64,000 bases of DNA from NCBI RefSeq assembly GCF_024502345.1, contig NZ_JALDNN010000001.1. One strand, 5' to 3'. The DNA comes from Escherichia coli. GTDB taxonomy: Bacteria; Pseudomonadota; Gammaproteobacteria; Enterobacterales; Enterobacteriaceae. Position numbers and translations under genes: made by a program. Below are positions 24,565 to 35,862 of the stretch, in pieces. The stretch's first letter is position 1, and the number at the start of each line of letters is the position of its first letter. The notes under the pieces are model-generated. The model made no database searches. It saw nothing but the letters and a program-made list of their open reading frames with translations, and had not been told where the DNA came from.

Positions 24565-25785
24565 TGTAGATTCAATCTGTCAATGCAACACCCCTTTCAA
24601 TTATCTCTTTCGGTGTTTTGAACTTCAGTGTCTTTCTCGGTCTGTTGTTTAGCTGAGCAGCAACCAGATCTAGTTCATGTTGAGTATATTGGGCAAGACA
24701 TGTCTTTTTAGGAAAGTACTGCCGAATTAGCCCATTTGTGTTCTCATTTGTTCCCCGCTGCCAAGGACTCTGAGGATCGCAGAAGTAAACTTTAACGCCG
24801 GTGCTGACAGTAAATTCTAGATGTCTGGCCAGTTCCATTCCTCTGTCCCATGTCAGTGATTTTCTGAGTTCTGACGGTAAACTCAGGAATTTGTCGGTAA
24901 GAGCCTGATTTACTGAGACAGAATCTTTGCCCCTGAGTCTAAGGATGATCGTATAACGTGATTTTCGGTCTACAAGTGTGGCTATATGAGAGTTTTTTGT
25001 ACCTGAGACTAAATCGCCCTCCCAATGCCCCAGAGAGCGTCTGTTATCGATATTTCGGGAACGTTCGTGAATTGGTGTTCCGTTCACTATGTTAATCGTA
25101 CCTCTTTCGCCTTTGCGGGTATGACGCCTGCCATGGCGAAGGCTATGCGACCGTCGCAGATGCTGTATATTCAGGTGGTGTAGCGCTTCACGGCTACGAA
25201 AGTACAGCGTTTTATAAATTGTCTCAGGTGATATTCGCAGCGTTTTTTGACGTGGTTTTGTTCGCCTTAACCATCCTGATATTTGCTCTGGAGACCATTT
25301 CATCTCCAGCTTTTCCAGAACAAGCTTTCGCAATGGTAAATTTTGATCCAGTAAGCACGGTTTTGGCCTTTTCGCCATTCTGTTGGCTCGGTTATTAGCA
25401 TCAACAGCTTTGTAATAGCGTCTGCCCCGATTACGCTGAACTTCACGTGAGATCGTCGAAGGACTGCGATTCAGCGCAGTAGCTATCGCACGAATGCTCA
25501 TTTTGGCTGACAAACCAGCTCGTATCTCCTCGCGCTCAGACAGTGTCAGGTGAGCTACAGCCCGCTTACGCTCATGGGGTTTTATGCCGCCAGTATCCCT
25601 TAACATAGTGAAGATCGTTCCGGGTTTTGAACCCAGGATATTCGCTATTTCACTGAAGCCTGTTCCGTTCTTCCATAGTTCAAAAACAGAGGCTTTTTCC
25701 TCTGCTGTAAATGTTCGTCTCATTCAAAAAACCTCCGCAACCCCATGTTTTCACATAACTGTTGCGTTGACCAATTGAATCTACA
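24565..25785 (-). mobile_element. IS30 (1221 bp, complete, with terminal inverted repeats)
   Basis: Ends TGTAGATTCAATCTGTCAATGCAAC (24565) and GCGTTGACCAATTGAATCTACA (25785); flanking GC dinucleotide on both sides. Confidence 0.9.
24572..25723 (-). CDS. insI: IS30 transposase
   Basis: 383-aa ORF; matches the IS30 transposase I remember, with an N-terminal HTH region and a C-terminal DDE domain. Confidence 0.9.
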   Translation of the reverse strand: MRRTFTAEEKASVFELWKNGTGFSEIANILGSKPGTIFTMLRDTGGIKPHERKRAVAHLTLSEREEIRAGLSAKMSIRAIATALNRSPSTISREVQRNRGRRYYKAVDANNRANRMAKRPKPCLLDQNLPLRKLVLEKLEMKWSPEQISGWLRRTKPRQKTLRISPETIYKTLYFRSREALHHLNIQHLRRSHSLRHGRRHTRKGERGTINIVNGTPIHERSRNIDNRRSLGHWEGDLVSGTKNSHIATLVDRKSRYTIILRLRGKDSVSVNQALTDKFLSLPSELRKSLTWDRGMELARHLEFTVSTGVKVYFCDPQSPWQRGTNENTNGLIRQYFPKKTCLAQYTQHELDLVAAQLNNRPRKTLKFKTPKEIIERGVALTD

Positions 25786-26875
25786 GCCGCGTATCTCGCT
25801 TTCTATGGATGGAGGGTAAAATTTCTACGGGTTGGGTAACGACAGGAATATTTCTTTGTATTGATGGCAAAAACAACCAGACTATCAGCCCGCAAACAAC
25901 AAATGCGATGGCAGCGGTGAGATACATCACTTTAAAACTAAATCCCATTGCCAGTTCATAAGCGAGCGGTGGCCCGATAACCCAGGCAAGCGAGATCTGA
26001 GCACGTAAAAATGTACTGAACATGACCGTCTCACGGCCTGTTCTATCGGCGTGTTCACGGGCGAGGGCGAACATTTGCGGGTTTGCGGTGGAAGCAAAAC
26101 TACTCAGAAGTACGCCCGTTGAGAGGAGAATGAAGTAGTTGCGATTCCACGCAAAAAGCGTGCAGGCCAGCACTCCAAATAAGCAACATAGCAGAATCAG
26201 TAATTTACGGTCGCCTTGTTTATCGGAGTGCCTTGCCAGAAATTGACTGACCAGAATTCCCATAATAGCGCTACCGGTGAAGAAAAAACCTACCATTATA
26301 GGACGGGCTTTCAGTTCATCTGCGAGGAATATACTTAGGGTAGGAGTCTGAAGAGCGCCCGCAATACCCGTCAGAAAGGCGACAAGTAAAAATGCCGCGG
26401 CAGTGAGATCAAGTATTTTTGATGGAGTGGTAGCCGTTTTTTGCATTCTTCTGAATCACCGGGCGAAAAAATATAACTGAGTTACAAATAAGTACCAGTC
26501 GAATGAGTATTGTATTAAGAATTTTTGAGTATCGCTGATACAACCAGAAAGCAATGCTAGCGCAATATTATAGGGCCAGCAATTGAGATTATTAGCAAAA
26601 GCATGTTAAGAATTAATTACCGAATTTATATATTAATTATAGTAAGGCAATGAGCTATTTTTGATAGTAAAAATAAAACAAGTTGATTTGATATATTAAA
26701 TGAACAAATTAATCTTGATGGCAGTCTGATTATTGGTGAAGTTTATAGTCAGTTTTTTTCGCCAGCGGTTAAAGAAATAGAATAATCGTATAAAAAAGGG
26801 TGTTCTGGGGCGAGTAAAACAACATCTTCACCTTAATGGCGATACAGTTGGCTGAGAGTCAGCAGGGGGGCAAAT

Positions 26876-27000
26876 CACCTGCAAATAAACACGGCGCATA
26901 CTGGCGTGAATATCGCGGATGCGTTCGAGGACAGAAGAACCGACAGGCGGATTCTTCAGCCGCTCATCGTCCATCACAAAACCTTAGACCAGGTATTCCT
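26876..27000 (-). pseudogene. degenerate internal fragment of a rhuM-family gene
   Basis: About 125 bp align to the intact rhuM-like gene at 27741-27890, with an internal deletion of ~25 bp and several substitutions; no intact ORF. Confidence 0.6.
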
Positions 27001-27067
27001 GAAGCCGATTGAATATTGAGCAGTAGAAAATATCTGGATTGACAGTATTACAAGGGGTTGGAGAACG

Positions 27068-27100
27068 TCAGGAGAGGCATTTTGGCGATCACAGGAGTCG
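27068..27100. repeat. degenerate direct repeat of the selC 3-prime end plus flank (candidate distal att site of the island)
   Basis: TCAGGAGAGGC....TGGCG----ATCACAGGAGTCG compared with TCAGGAGAGGCTAATTGGCGGAAGATCACAGGAGTCG at 35848-35884. Confidence 0.55.
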
Positions 27101-27214
27101 CATTCAGCGGCTTGATCTGTTGAATTTAGTGGTTTTTATCGTGTTGGATTTTTGTTGGTGCCCCCTATTATGCCCCCAAATGATTTTGCTTGTGGTGGTT
27201 ATAGGCATTCAGAG

Positions 27215-28252
27215 CTACTTTTTAGGCTCTGTTTTCCATTGTAGCAAACCGGCGATATCCTTCTCACCTTCGGCTTCTTTTAAGCGCCGTTGTTGTTCAG
27301 CAAACTGACCATACTCCGCCTGCGCTTTTTCATCGGCCATTTTCTTACTGATTTTACCTGCGCCTTGCAAAACCTCACGGTCGTTAAATTGCAGGAACTG
27401 ATCCAGCTTATCCTGCCAGTCGCGTAAAAAGACCTGCTGACGACGACGGGCCTGATCCTCGGCAAAATCCAGCCACATGTTAACTACGCGGTTAAGCTCG
27501 CTGACTTCATCCTGAGTGAGATAATTTTTTGCCACCGTCACGTCACCCTTACGCACCTCTTCACCTTTATAGCTGGTCAGCCCCATATGTGGCTGGCTGG
27601 CGTCAGCACGCAGATGAATGAGTTCAGCGGCGGTATGTCCGGTACAGGCAAAATGTAACTTGTTCTGGATGGTTTGAAAAAACTGCGTGGTTTCTTTCAG
27701 TGATGGTTGATAGTCGGCGGCTAACGCAAAGATCTCTCGCACCCGTAAATAAACCCGACGTTCGCTGGCGCGAATATCGCGGATACGCTCCAGCATCTCA
27801 TCGAAATAGTCGGGCACAGCCGATGAACCCACGGGCGGGTTCTTCAGCCGCTCATCGTCCATCACAAAACCTTTGATCAGGTATTCCTGGAGCGTCTGGG
27901 TTGCCCACTGGCGGAACTGCGTGCCGCGAGGGGAGCGAACGCGGTAGCCGACAGCAAGAATAACAGGCAGGCTGTAGTGAAGCCTGTTGCGGCTTACCTG
28001 ACGGCCACCTTCCTGTTGAACTTGTAAGTAAGACTTACAGGTTGCGTTTTGTTCAAGTTCGCCTTCTTCATAGATCGCTTTAATGTGCTGTGTAACTGCC
28101 TGGGGAGTGATCTGATAAAGGTTTGCGATGGTTGCCTGAGGGAGCCATAGTGTCTCTTGCTCAAAGCGGCATTCAACACGAACTTCACCGTCATCGCTGG
28201 CAAACATAACAAATTCGCCTGCCGGGGATTGGGTTAAGTATTTATCTGTCAT
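27215..28252 (-). CDS. rhuM: RhuM-family protein (virulence-associated, function unknown)
   Basis: 345 aa with the family signature LPVILAVGYRVRSPRGTQFRQWAT. Confidence 0.8.
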   Translation of the reverse strand: MTDKYLTQSPAGEFVMFASDDGEVRVECRFEQETLWLPQATIANLYQITPQAVTQHIKAIYEEGELEQNATCKSYLQVQQEGGRQVSRNRLHYSLPVILAVGYRVRSPRGTQFRQWATQTLQEYLIKGFVMDDERLKNPPVGSSAVPDYFDEMLERIRDIRASERRVYLRVREIFALAADYQPSLKETTQFFQTIQNKLHFACTGHTAAELIHLRADASQPHMGLTSYKGEEVRKGDVTVAKNYLTQDEVSELNRVVNMWLDFAEDQARRRQQVFLRDWQDKLDQFLQFNDREVLQGAGKISKKMADEKAQAEYGQFAEQQRRLKEAEGEKDIAGLLQWKTEPKK

Positions 28253-28339
28253 GCCGTCTCCGCTTATATCTGACTCGCAATGCTGTAATCCGCTTAGTAT
28301 GCCAGAAATTCTTGGTGAAGCTTATTACGCAGATAGCGT

Positions 28340-29284
28340 TTATTTTGCGGGCAGCGCTCCCGGATAATGCTTTGCCACAATGTCATTCATCTTCTCCACC
28401 AGGTCCAGACGCTTAAACGTGATATGCCCGTTGCCTTTCTGAAAGTAGCGAATGGTGAACATATCGTCTTTAAAGACCTGTTGATGCGGGTTATCGCGAA
28501 CAAAATTCATAAATCGGATAGAGACATCATGCCGGTTGTCAGGAATGGTTTTGCCATCCAGCAGGTAAAGCATCCGTTCCAGATCGGCGAGCTGATCGCG
28601 CCGCCAGCCCCAGTTCAGACTGAAGCCCCATCTGTCATGCTTCACCAGATTGTTGACGATAATCTTCTTACCGAAGTAACAGGGATTATTGGTTTTGTAG
28701 TCCCAGCTTAACCCTTTAAATACATTGATAATCCCACGTTCGAAAACATCCTGTTTATTGTGGTGGAGTTGTTCAAAGGTACTTAGGATGTTGGCTTCAC
28801 TGATGGCCGGAAGATCGCCCTCTTCGAGGTTTTTAGCCCACTGGCTGCGGGCTTCGGCATCCATCAAGGTCAACATCCCGGACTTCAGCATGAGATCGCG
28901 CCAGATACTGCGATCGATATTGCAGGTAATCACCGGCATCGCTTTATCGACTGGTTGCATCAGCCAGCAGTCAAAGGAATGGCCCTGTCGCATCGCCCAA
29001 TGCTCCGCCACATCACCACCGATGCTGGAGGTTAGCCGTGAGATATCATCAAGCTTATGGATCAGGATTTCTATCAGGCTCAGCGCAGCATCACGCCCTG
29101 TGACGATGCGTTCTATACTGGTTGAGCAAATTAGCTCATTATGATCGGTTAAAACTTCAGCTTCTGTTTGCATGATATTTTGTCCGTAAAAAGCAAACAC
29201 GCCCGCCGGGAGTGGCAGGCGCATTATGCAATGAGTAAATAAGGAAGACAGATCGGGAATGTAATTCGGGAAGGAGGCTCGCAA
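28340..29284 (-). CDS. hypothetical protein, possibly DUF4942-like as is commonly found downstream of CbtA-family toxins
   Basis: 314-aa ORF directly downstream of the cbtA-like gene; family assignment is from memory only. Confidence 0.4.
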   Translation of the reverse strand: MRASFPNYIPDLSSLFTHCIMRLPLPAGVFAFYGQNIMQTEAEVLTDHNELICSTSIERIVTGRDAALSLIEILIHKLDDISRLTSSIGGDVAEHWAMRQGHSFDCWLMQPVDKAMPVITCNIDRSIWRDLMLKSGMLTLMDAEARSQWAKNLEEGDLPAISEANILSTFEQLHHNKQDVFERGIINVFKGLSWDYKTNNPCYFGKKIIVNNLVKHDRWGFSLNWGWRRDQLADLERMLYLLDGKTIPDNRHDVSIRFMNFVRDNPHQQVFKDDMFTIRYFQKGNGHITFKRLDLVEKMNDIVAKHYPGALPAK

Positions 29285-29287
29285 GAT

Positions 29288-29620
29288 TCAGCGTGTCGAA
29301 AGATTATGGCCTTGTCGTAACAACCCCATTGCCTGTCGCGCCCGCAAAATGTCTACAGCCCGCAGATAAGGCGATTGTTCCTGCCAGCTAAATCCTTTGC
29401 GATCGATGCGAACGAGTTCGTATTTTTCCACCAGAAAGTTCACGGCATCGGCAAGAGTAACGCCTGCGTTGATATGTTCCTGAATGACTGTTTCATCGCA
29501 GAATGGCGTGTCACTCAGGGCCAGGCCATAGTGTTGTGCAAGTAGACGGGTCAGTAACATCTGCCAGACGGCCACAGGCGACGGGCATGGCTTCGCTATG
29601 TGTGCGTCCTCCTTTCGCAT
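29288..29620 (-). CDS. CbtA/YeeV-family type IV toxin homolog, with no cognate antitoxin gene upstream
   Basis: Translation [61 protein letters not shown] resembles CbtA ([31 protein letters not shown]); its 5-prime end overlaps the upstream gene. Confidence 0.65.
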   Translation of the reverse strand: MRKEDAHIAKPCPSPVAVWQMLLTRLLAQHYGLALSDTPFCDETVIQEHINAGVTLADAVNFLVEKYELVRIDRKGFSWQEQSPYLRAVDILRARQAMGLLRQGHNLSTR

Positions 29621-30329
29621 TGCGCCCGTTCAGACCACCTTTAATCAGGTTCTCCTGAATGCGCTGATAGGTTGTCCAGAGGTCACCGGACTCATCCTGC
29701 CAGCGACGGGGAGCCAGTAGCTGAGATTCCGTCACCGGCTGATGCTCTTCGCCAAAACGATACGTCAGCGCAGCTTGCGCCAGCGCCGCCTGTGCTGGTG
29801 GAGGTAGCATGAGTGACTGCATGGCATCGCGCTTCTCTTCTACGCGGTCAAATATCCCCAGCACTTCGTAAGCCCCTTCAATGACCTTCTCTACTACGTT
29901 GCCTTTATGCGGGACACGCACCTCCCCGAACGACTCGCCGCAAATCAACCCATTTTGGCAAACAGATCTGAATAAACCCGGCAGCATTTGATATGAACTG
30001 GAGCCGTCATGGCTGTTAAGCAGGATTATTTCTGGCACTTGTTTGCCAGTAATCTGGCCTTCTCGGCGTAGGCGCAGCATGTGTTTGGTGTGCTCACGCT
30101 TGCTCTGGTCCCGCACTCGGGTCTGGCAGGCAAAGAACGGTTGAAAGCCTTCACGCTTCAGGTTATCGAGCAGAGTGATTGTCGGAATGTAGGTATAGCG
30201 GTCACTGCGGGATTCATGTTTGTCTTCGCTGAAGACGCTGGGCACATAGTGCGCCAGCTCCTCGCGGGTTAACGGGCGGTCACGGCGCACAAGATTGGTA
30301 GCACCAAAACGGCTGGCTAAACGGGTCAT
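29511..30329 (-). CDS. DUF932/YfjQ-like protein of CP4-type prophage remnants
   Basis: Starts MTRLASRFG..., as I recall for DUF932 proteins of CP4-57-like elements; its 3-prime end overlaps the cbtA-like ORF by 110 bp. Confidence 0.5.
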   Translation of the reverse strand: MTRLASRFGATNLVRRDRPLTREELAHYVPSVFSEDKHESRSDRYTYIPTITLLDNLKREGFQPFFACQTRVRDQSKREHTKHMLRLRREGQITGKQVPEIILLNSHDGSSSYQMLPGLFRSVCQNGLICGESFGEVRVPHKGNVVEKVIEGAYEVLGIFDRVEEKRDAMQSLMLPPPAQAALAQAALTYRFGEEHQPVTESQLLAPRRWQDESGDLWTTYQRIQENLIKGGLNGRNAKGGRTHSEAMPVACGRLADVTDPSTCTTLWPGPE

Positions 30330-30399
30330 AGGCGACTCCTTTAAAAATGGGCATAAAAAAGCCACCCCGAAGGATGGCCTGGATTGAAAGGCTGGATTA

Positions 30400-30891
30400 T
30401 TAAGGTGAAACAGAAGGGTGTATCTGCGATGCAGTCTTTTCTGAATCTGGTATCGGCAATGCAGATAGTTCGGCAGGACTAAGCTTTCCTGCGCGGTAAA
30501 GTTGCAGTTTCACCAGAATCGGCGCTTTTTGCGACTGAAGGTAACTCAGGCACCATTCCCGCTTCAGGACTATCCTGACCGGGGCAGGCAAAAGCTCATA
30601 TGCTTTGCTAAAAACGACTTCAACAAAAGCATCATCACTCAGTTTATCCTCGGCAATATTCAACAGACCATTGATGACAATATTTTCCAGTAACAGCCTG
30701 TATTTGTCAGAACCCGTTACCGAAGCTTTAACCGTGTTTTCCGGTAAGTGTTCAGAAGATGTGTCATGATTTTCTGTGTGTGCTTTTCTGCGTGAGAAAT
30801 TCAGCTTTTCTGTAAGGCTACGAAATTTTCCTGTGCTATTTTCAGACATCGTAATTTTATCCTGTGGCCTCCGCGTCTTGCCATCAGGCAA
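30400..30891 (-). CDS. hypothetical protein
   Basis: 163-aa ORF just upstream of and co-oriented with the DUF932 gene; no recognisable motif. Confidence 0.4.
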   Translation of the reverse strand: MPDGKTRRPQDKITMSENSTGKFRSLTEKLNFSRRKAHTENHDTSSEHLPENTVKASVTGSDKYRLLLENIVINGLLNIAEDKLSDDAFVEVVFSKAYELLPAPVRIVLKREWCLSYLQSQKAPILVKLQLYRAGKLSPAELSALPIPDSEKTASQIHPSVSP

Positions 30892-31736
30892 GTACGGCGA
30901 GTTTTTTTATCGCTTTAATCAGGCTAAAGGTGGTCAAACCTGCACCTAGAGCCCTGACCGTGACCGAATGGCTTCGCATCAACGTAACCCCCATTACGCA
31001 CAGGACAAGTTGCCACGTACAATCAGGCCATGGGGGGTCATTACCCGGCATGTCCGTAACCACTTCGCTTTGACTATGCACGGAAAACACCTCTACTTGT
31101 AGCCATTAGGGAGCCACTGGCCCTGTTTGCGAATATCAGTAATAATGCCCCCCTCTTTGACCGAAATGGTACGCCAGCTTGGTTCTTTGCTGGATGCATT
31201 CCCATAGGTATACCCGACAGTCATTGTCAGGTTTTCGCCTGAAGTTGTGGTGAGATCAGCCTCATACTTAGCTTCGGTATTTTGTTTGCGAATAAAACGC
31301 ACGGTGTTGATTGCAGAACAGCGAATACTGCTTTTCGCATATTCAAAGGAATTGTTAGCCATTTGGCATCCGTCGTTTTTAATTTCATCCGTCAGGTTTG
31401 CAGAAACATTAAAGTTCTTAGGTACAGGGGCAAATTTAGCCATGTCGTTTCGCATAGTCGGTGGATCTGTCTGAAGCACAAGATAAACAGGACAATCTGA
31501 TTTGCCTACTTCACACGCTTTTGCCACGTAATCACGTACTGGCCATCCAGCATTACCGAAATATTCCGCACCACTTTCATCTTTGCATTGTGACCAGGTA
31601 GCTTTTTTCCCCATCATAATGCCGTCTACCAGCACACAGGTGACGGCTTTTACAGGCTCACCATCCCACCGGACTGCATCAAAGGGCTGAATGCCTGTAT
31701 GGTTCACGTCAAGCGTGTAGGCCTGTGGATTCCTAG

Positions 31737-32932
<1,196 letters not shown>

Positions 32933-33038
32933 CTAATCAGATAGAACAGTCCCGGATAATATTCGGGACTCATACACTGACATACTGAGTTCTGAATTTA
33001 GTAGCAAGATTACTTATGATTATTTAAGGATAGTAACC

Positions 33039-34004
33039 ATGCCTTTAGATTTAAGTAACACCTTAGTTATTGGCATCAGCGCAACCGCGCTTTTCGACAT
33101 GAGTGAATCCGATCGCATGTTTCGCGAAACCTATGCGACCGATCCTGATAGCGCCATTGAAAAGTATCGCGCCTACATGCTGGAGCACGAAAACCAGCCT
33201 TTACAACCAGGAACAGGCTATCCCTTGGTCAAAGCGCTTTTGGGACTCAACCAGCACCGTCAACCCGATGATAAATCACCGCTGGTTGAAGTTGTCGTGA
33301 TGTCGCGTAACAGCCCTGATACCGGTATCCGTGTCCTAAATACCATTCGCCATGACAAACTCGATATTACACGTTCAGCCTTTACCGCAGGTGAAACTGT
33401 TGCCGATTACTTAGATGCTTTTGATGTGGATCTGTTTTTAACGACCAACGTTGAAGATGCGCAAAAGGTGATTGATTCCCGGTTCTGCGCCGCAGCAATC
33501 CTGAAAGATCCGCCTTCTGACGCATCTGATATCCCCGAAGGGCAAGTGCGCATTGCTTTTGACGGTGATGCAGTGCTTTTCTCTGATGAAAGTGAGTTAG
33601 TTTATAAAACTCAAGGGATGGCCGCTTTTCACGCCCAGGAGGATGCGCAGCAAGATATCCCGATGGCTGAGGGACCTTATGCCACTTTGCTAAAAAAAAT
33701 AGCCAAGCTTCAGGAGCGATTGCCAACACGAGTCGAGTATTCTCCCGTCCGTATTGCGCTGGTGACAGCCCGAAATAGCCCTTCGGAAATGCGCGTCATT
33801 AAAACGCTGAGAAGCTGGGGGGTATATGTCGATGAAGCTTTTTTTCTTGGCGGTGTAGAGAAAACAAAAGTTCTGAAGGCGTTTAAACCGCACATTTTCT
33901 TCGACGACCAGGATGTGCATTTGGTTGCTGCCGCAAAGGTTGTTCCTTCCGGTAAAGTACCTTATGCCAGTAATTCAGAGCTTTTTGAAAACGTAGCATC
34001 ATGA
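33039..34004 (+). CDS. HAD-superfamily phosphatase resembling the bacterial 5-prime-nucleotidase family; cytoplasmic
   Basis: HAD motifs in the C-terminal half (IAFDGDAVLF, LVTARN, FFDDQDVH); no signal peptide; N-terminal ~170 aa is a separate domain. Confidence 0.6.
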   Translation: MPLDLSNTLVIGISATALFDMSESDRMFRETYATDPDSAIEKYRAYMLEHENQPLQPGTGYPLVKALLGLNQHRQPDDKSPLVEVVVMSRNSPDTGIRVLNTIRHDKLDITRSAFTAGETVADYLDAFDVDLFLTTNVEDAQKVIDSRFCAAAILKDPPSDASDIPEGQVRIAFDGDAVLFSDESELVYKTQGMAAFHAQEDAQQDIPMAEGPYATLLKKIAKLQERLPTRVEYSPVRIALVTARNSPSEMRVIKTLRSWGVYVDEAFFLGGVEKTKVLKAFKPHIFFDDQDVHLVAAAKVVPSGKVPYASNSELFENVAS

Positions 34005-34052
34005 AACTTTAAACAAATAGCCATCTTTACATCTAGATGGCTATTTGTTAAT

Positions 34053-35267
34053 TTATGCCGTCTTCCTAAATGCACCCTCTACCACACCCCCGCCTTTCCC
34101 CAGCTCACCAATGTAATCCGCATACCACTGCATCATTTGCCTACGCCCATCAAGATACTGCGCATGGTTATACGTGCCGCGAATCGCATTCTTATCGACA
34201 TGGGCAAGCTGCGTTTCAATCCACGCTGAGTTAAAGCCCTGCTCGTGCAGAATGGTACTCATCGTGTGGCGGAAACCATGTCCCGTCAGCCTGCCTTTAT
34301 ACCCTAATAACTCAATGACCTGATTGATGCTTTCCTTGCTGATCGGCTTGCGAGGATCATTCCTGCCGATAAAGACCAGCGCGTGATGTTTTGATATCGG
34401 CTCAAGTTGCTTGAACAGCGCAATAACCTGTTCTGAGAGCGGCACAATATGGGGCCGTTTCATCTTCATCACTTCTGCCGGGATCTCCCATAGTTTTGTC
34501 TCAAAATCGATATCCTCCCAGCGTGCGAAACGTAGTTCTTGCGTGCGTACACCGGTTAACATAATGATCTGAGTGGCGGTCTTCGTGATAACACTGCCGG
34601 TATAACCCGCCAGATCATTGAGAAAGTGAGGTAGTTCATTGGCAGTAAGGAAAGGAAAATGTACCTTTTTTGGCGTAGCTAAGGCGCTGGCAAGATCGGG
34701 GGCGGGGTTGTAATTCGCTCTGCCGGTAATAATTGCAAAACGGAATACTTCCCCGCAGCGCTGGCGAACTTTACGCATTTTCTCCAGCGCTCCGCGTTTC
34801 TCCATCTTACGTAGCGCTTCCAGTAGTTCCATTGGCTTAATATCAGCAATAGGGCGCTTACCGATGTAGGGGAAGATGTCCTTCTCAAAGGTGTCGATGA
34901 TTTCATCGCGGTAGCGCAATGACCAGCGATCGGCTTTAGTCTGATGCCACTCGCGAGCCACGGCTTCAAACGTGTTCTCTGCATTCAGTTTCTGCGCAAG
35001 TTTCTCGGATTTTTTAGTTTCTCCGGGGTCGCCACCTGCCGCCAGAATCTTCTTCGCCGCATCACGTTTTTCACGGGCGTCTGCCAGAGAAACATCGGGG
35101 TAGACGCCAAAAGCGAGACGCTTCTCTTTACCTGCAACGCGATATTTCATGCGCCAGTAGCGTGAGCCATTGGTTGCTACTTCAACGTACAACCCTCCTG
35201 CATCACCTAAGCGATACGTCTTTTCTCTGGGTTTTAACGCACGCACTTTTGCATCAGTTAATGGCAT
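34053..35267 (-). CDS. P4/CP4-57-type tyrosine integrase
   Basis: 404 aa with an N-terminal arm-binding region (YRLGDAGGLYVEV..YWRMKYR) and catalytic R..HGFRHT..Y residues. Confidence 0.9.
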   Translation of the reverse strand: MPLTDAKVRALKPREKTYRLGDAGGLYVEVATNGSRYWRMKYRVAGKEKRLAFGVYPDVSLADAREKRDAAKKILAAGGDPGETKKSEKLAQKLNAENTFEAVAREWHQTKADRWSLRYRDEIIDTFEKDIFPYIGKRPIADIKPMELLEALRKMEKRGALEKMRKVRQRCGEVFRFAIITGRANYNPAPDLASALATPKKVHFPFLTANELPHFLNDLAGYTGSVITKTATQIIMLTGVRTQELRFARWEDIDFETKLWEIPAEVMKMKRPHIVPLSEQVIALFKQLEPISKHHALVFIGRNDPRKPISKESINQVIELLGYKGRLTGHGFRHTMSTILHEQGFNSAWIETQLAHVDKNAIRGTYNHAQYLDGRRQMMQWYADYIGELGKGGGVVEGAFRKTA

Positions 35268-35706
35268 CGTTGTTTCCTCCTGAAAGCAAGAATGCTTTGA
35301 CAGCCTGGGTTTGTTCGGGTGTCAGGGATAGGGTTTGTTTGGTTGTTTTGATGGTTAAGCCGTAATGCTCTGAGAGGGAAAGTTGAAAGGATTGTTTGGC
35401 CCGTTCCTGGCGACGTTGCTCTCTTTCGTGAGCCTTATCGATTGCAGGATCGTAGCCCTCTTTGATTTTTACTCTGGCTTTATCCCTTAGCACAATGGCT
35501 TCTTTAATCGTGACGTCCGGCCATGCTCCAAATGTGAGGCTTTTCTCCTTCCCCTCTATCCGGTACTTCATCCGCCAGCACTTTGACCCCGTTGGATTCA
35601 CCAACAAAAAGAGCCCTCTGCCGATAGAAAATTTGTAAGGTTTACTACGGGCATCAAGTGACTTTATTATTTGATTATTAATGATTTTTTGTTCTTTTGG
35701 TGGCAT
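35254..35706 (-). pseudogene. N-terminal remnant of a second P4-type integrase
   Basis: Residues ~20-95 are homologous to the N-terminus of the adjacent intact integrase (CWRMKYRIEGKEKSLTFGAWPDV); it then runs out of homology and ends 14 bp inside the next gene. Confidence 0.7.
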
Positions 35707-35862
35707 GTCATTTTACCTCCAATGGTTGGTATGCCCAATTGTGCCCCCAAAGGCGTATTGATACCAGTAGACTCCGGTTGACCTCAGAATACAAGGAAGG
35801 CTTGATATATAAGGGATGAGAAGAGATTTTGTTGACGTCAGAAGAGTTCAGGAGAGGCTAAT

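Larger units (their letters stand above)
24039..26446 (-). pseudogene. setC: MFS sugar efflux transporter gene interrupted by IS30
   Basis: The N-terminal 220 codons lie at 25786..26446 and the C-terminal ~175 codons at 24039..24564. The 1221-bp IS30 sits between them, flanked by a 2-bp GC duplication. Confidence 0.85.

Noticed and set aside
27039-27308. An 89-aa plus-strand ORF at the island boundary
   Set aside because: It covers the att-like repeat and the 3-prime end of the rhuM-family gene on the opposite strand, and has no ribosome-binding site.
33039-34004. The nucleotidase-like gene read as a periplasmic UshA-type 5-prime-nucleotidase
   Set aside because: It has no signal peptide and no metallophosphatase motifs; it carries HAD motifs instead, so it belongs to the cytoplasmic HAD-type family.
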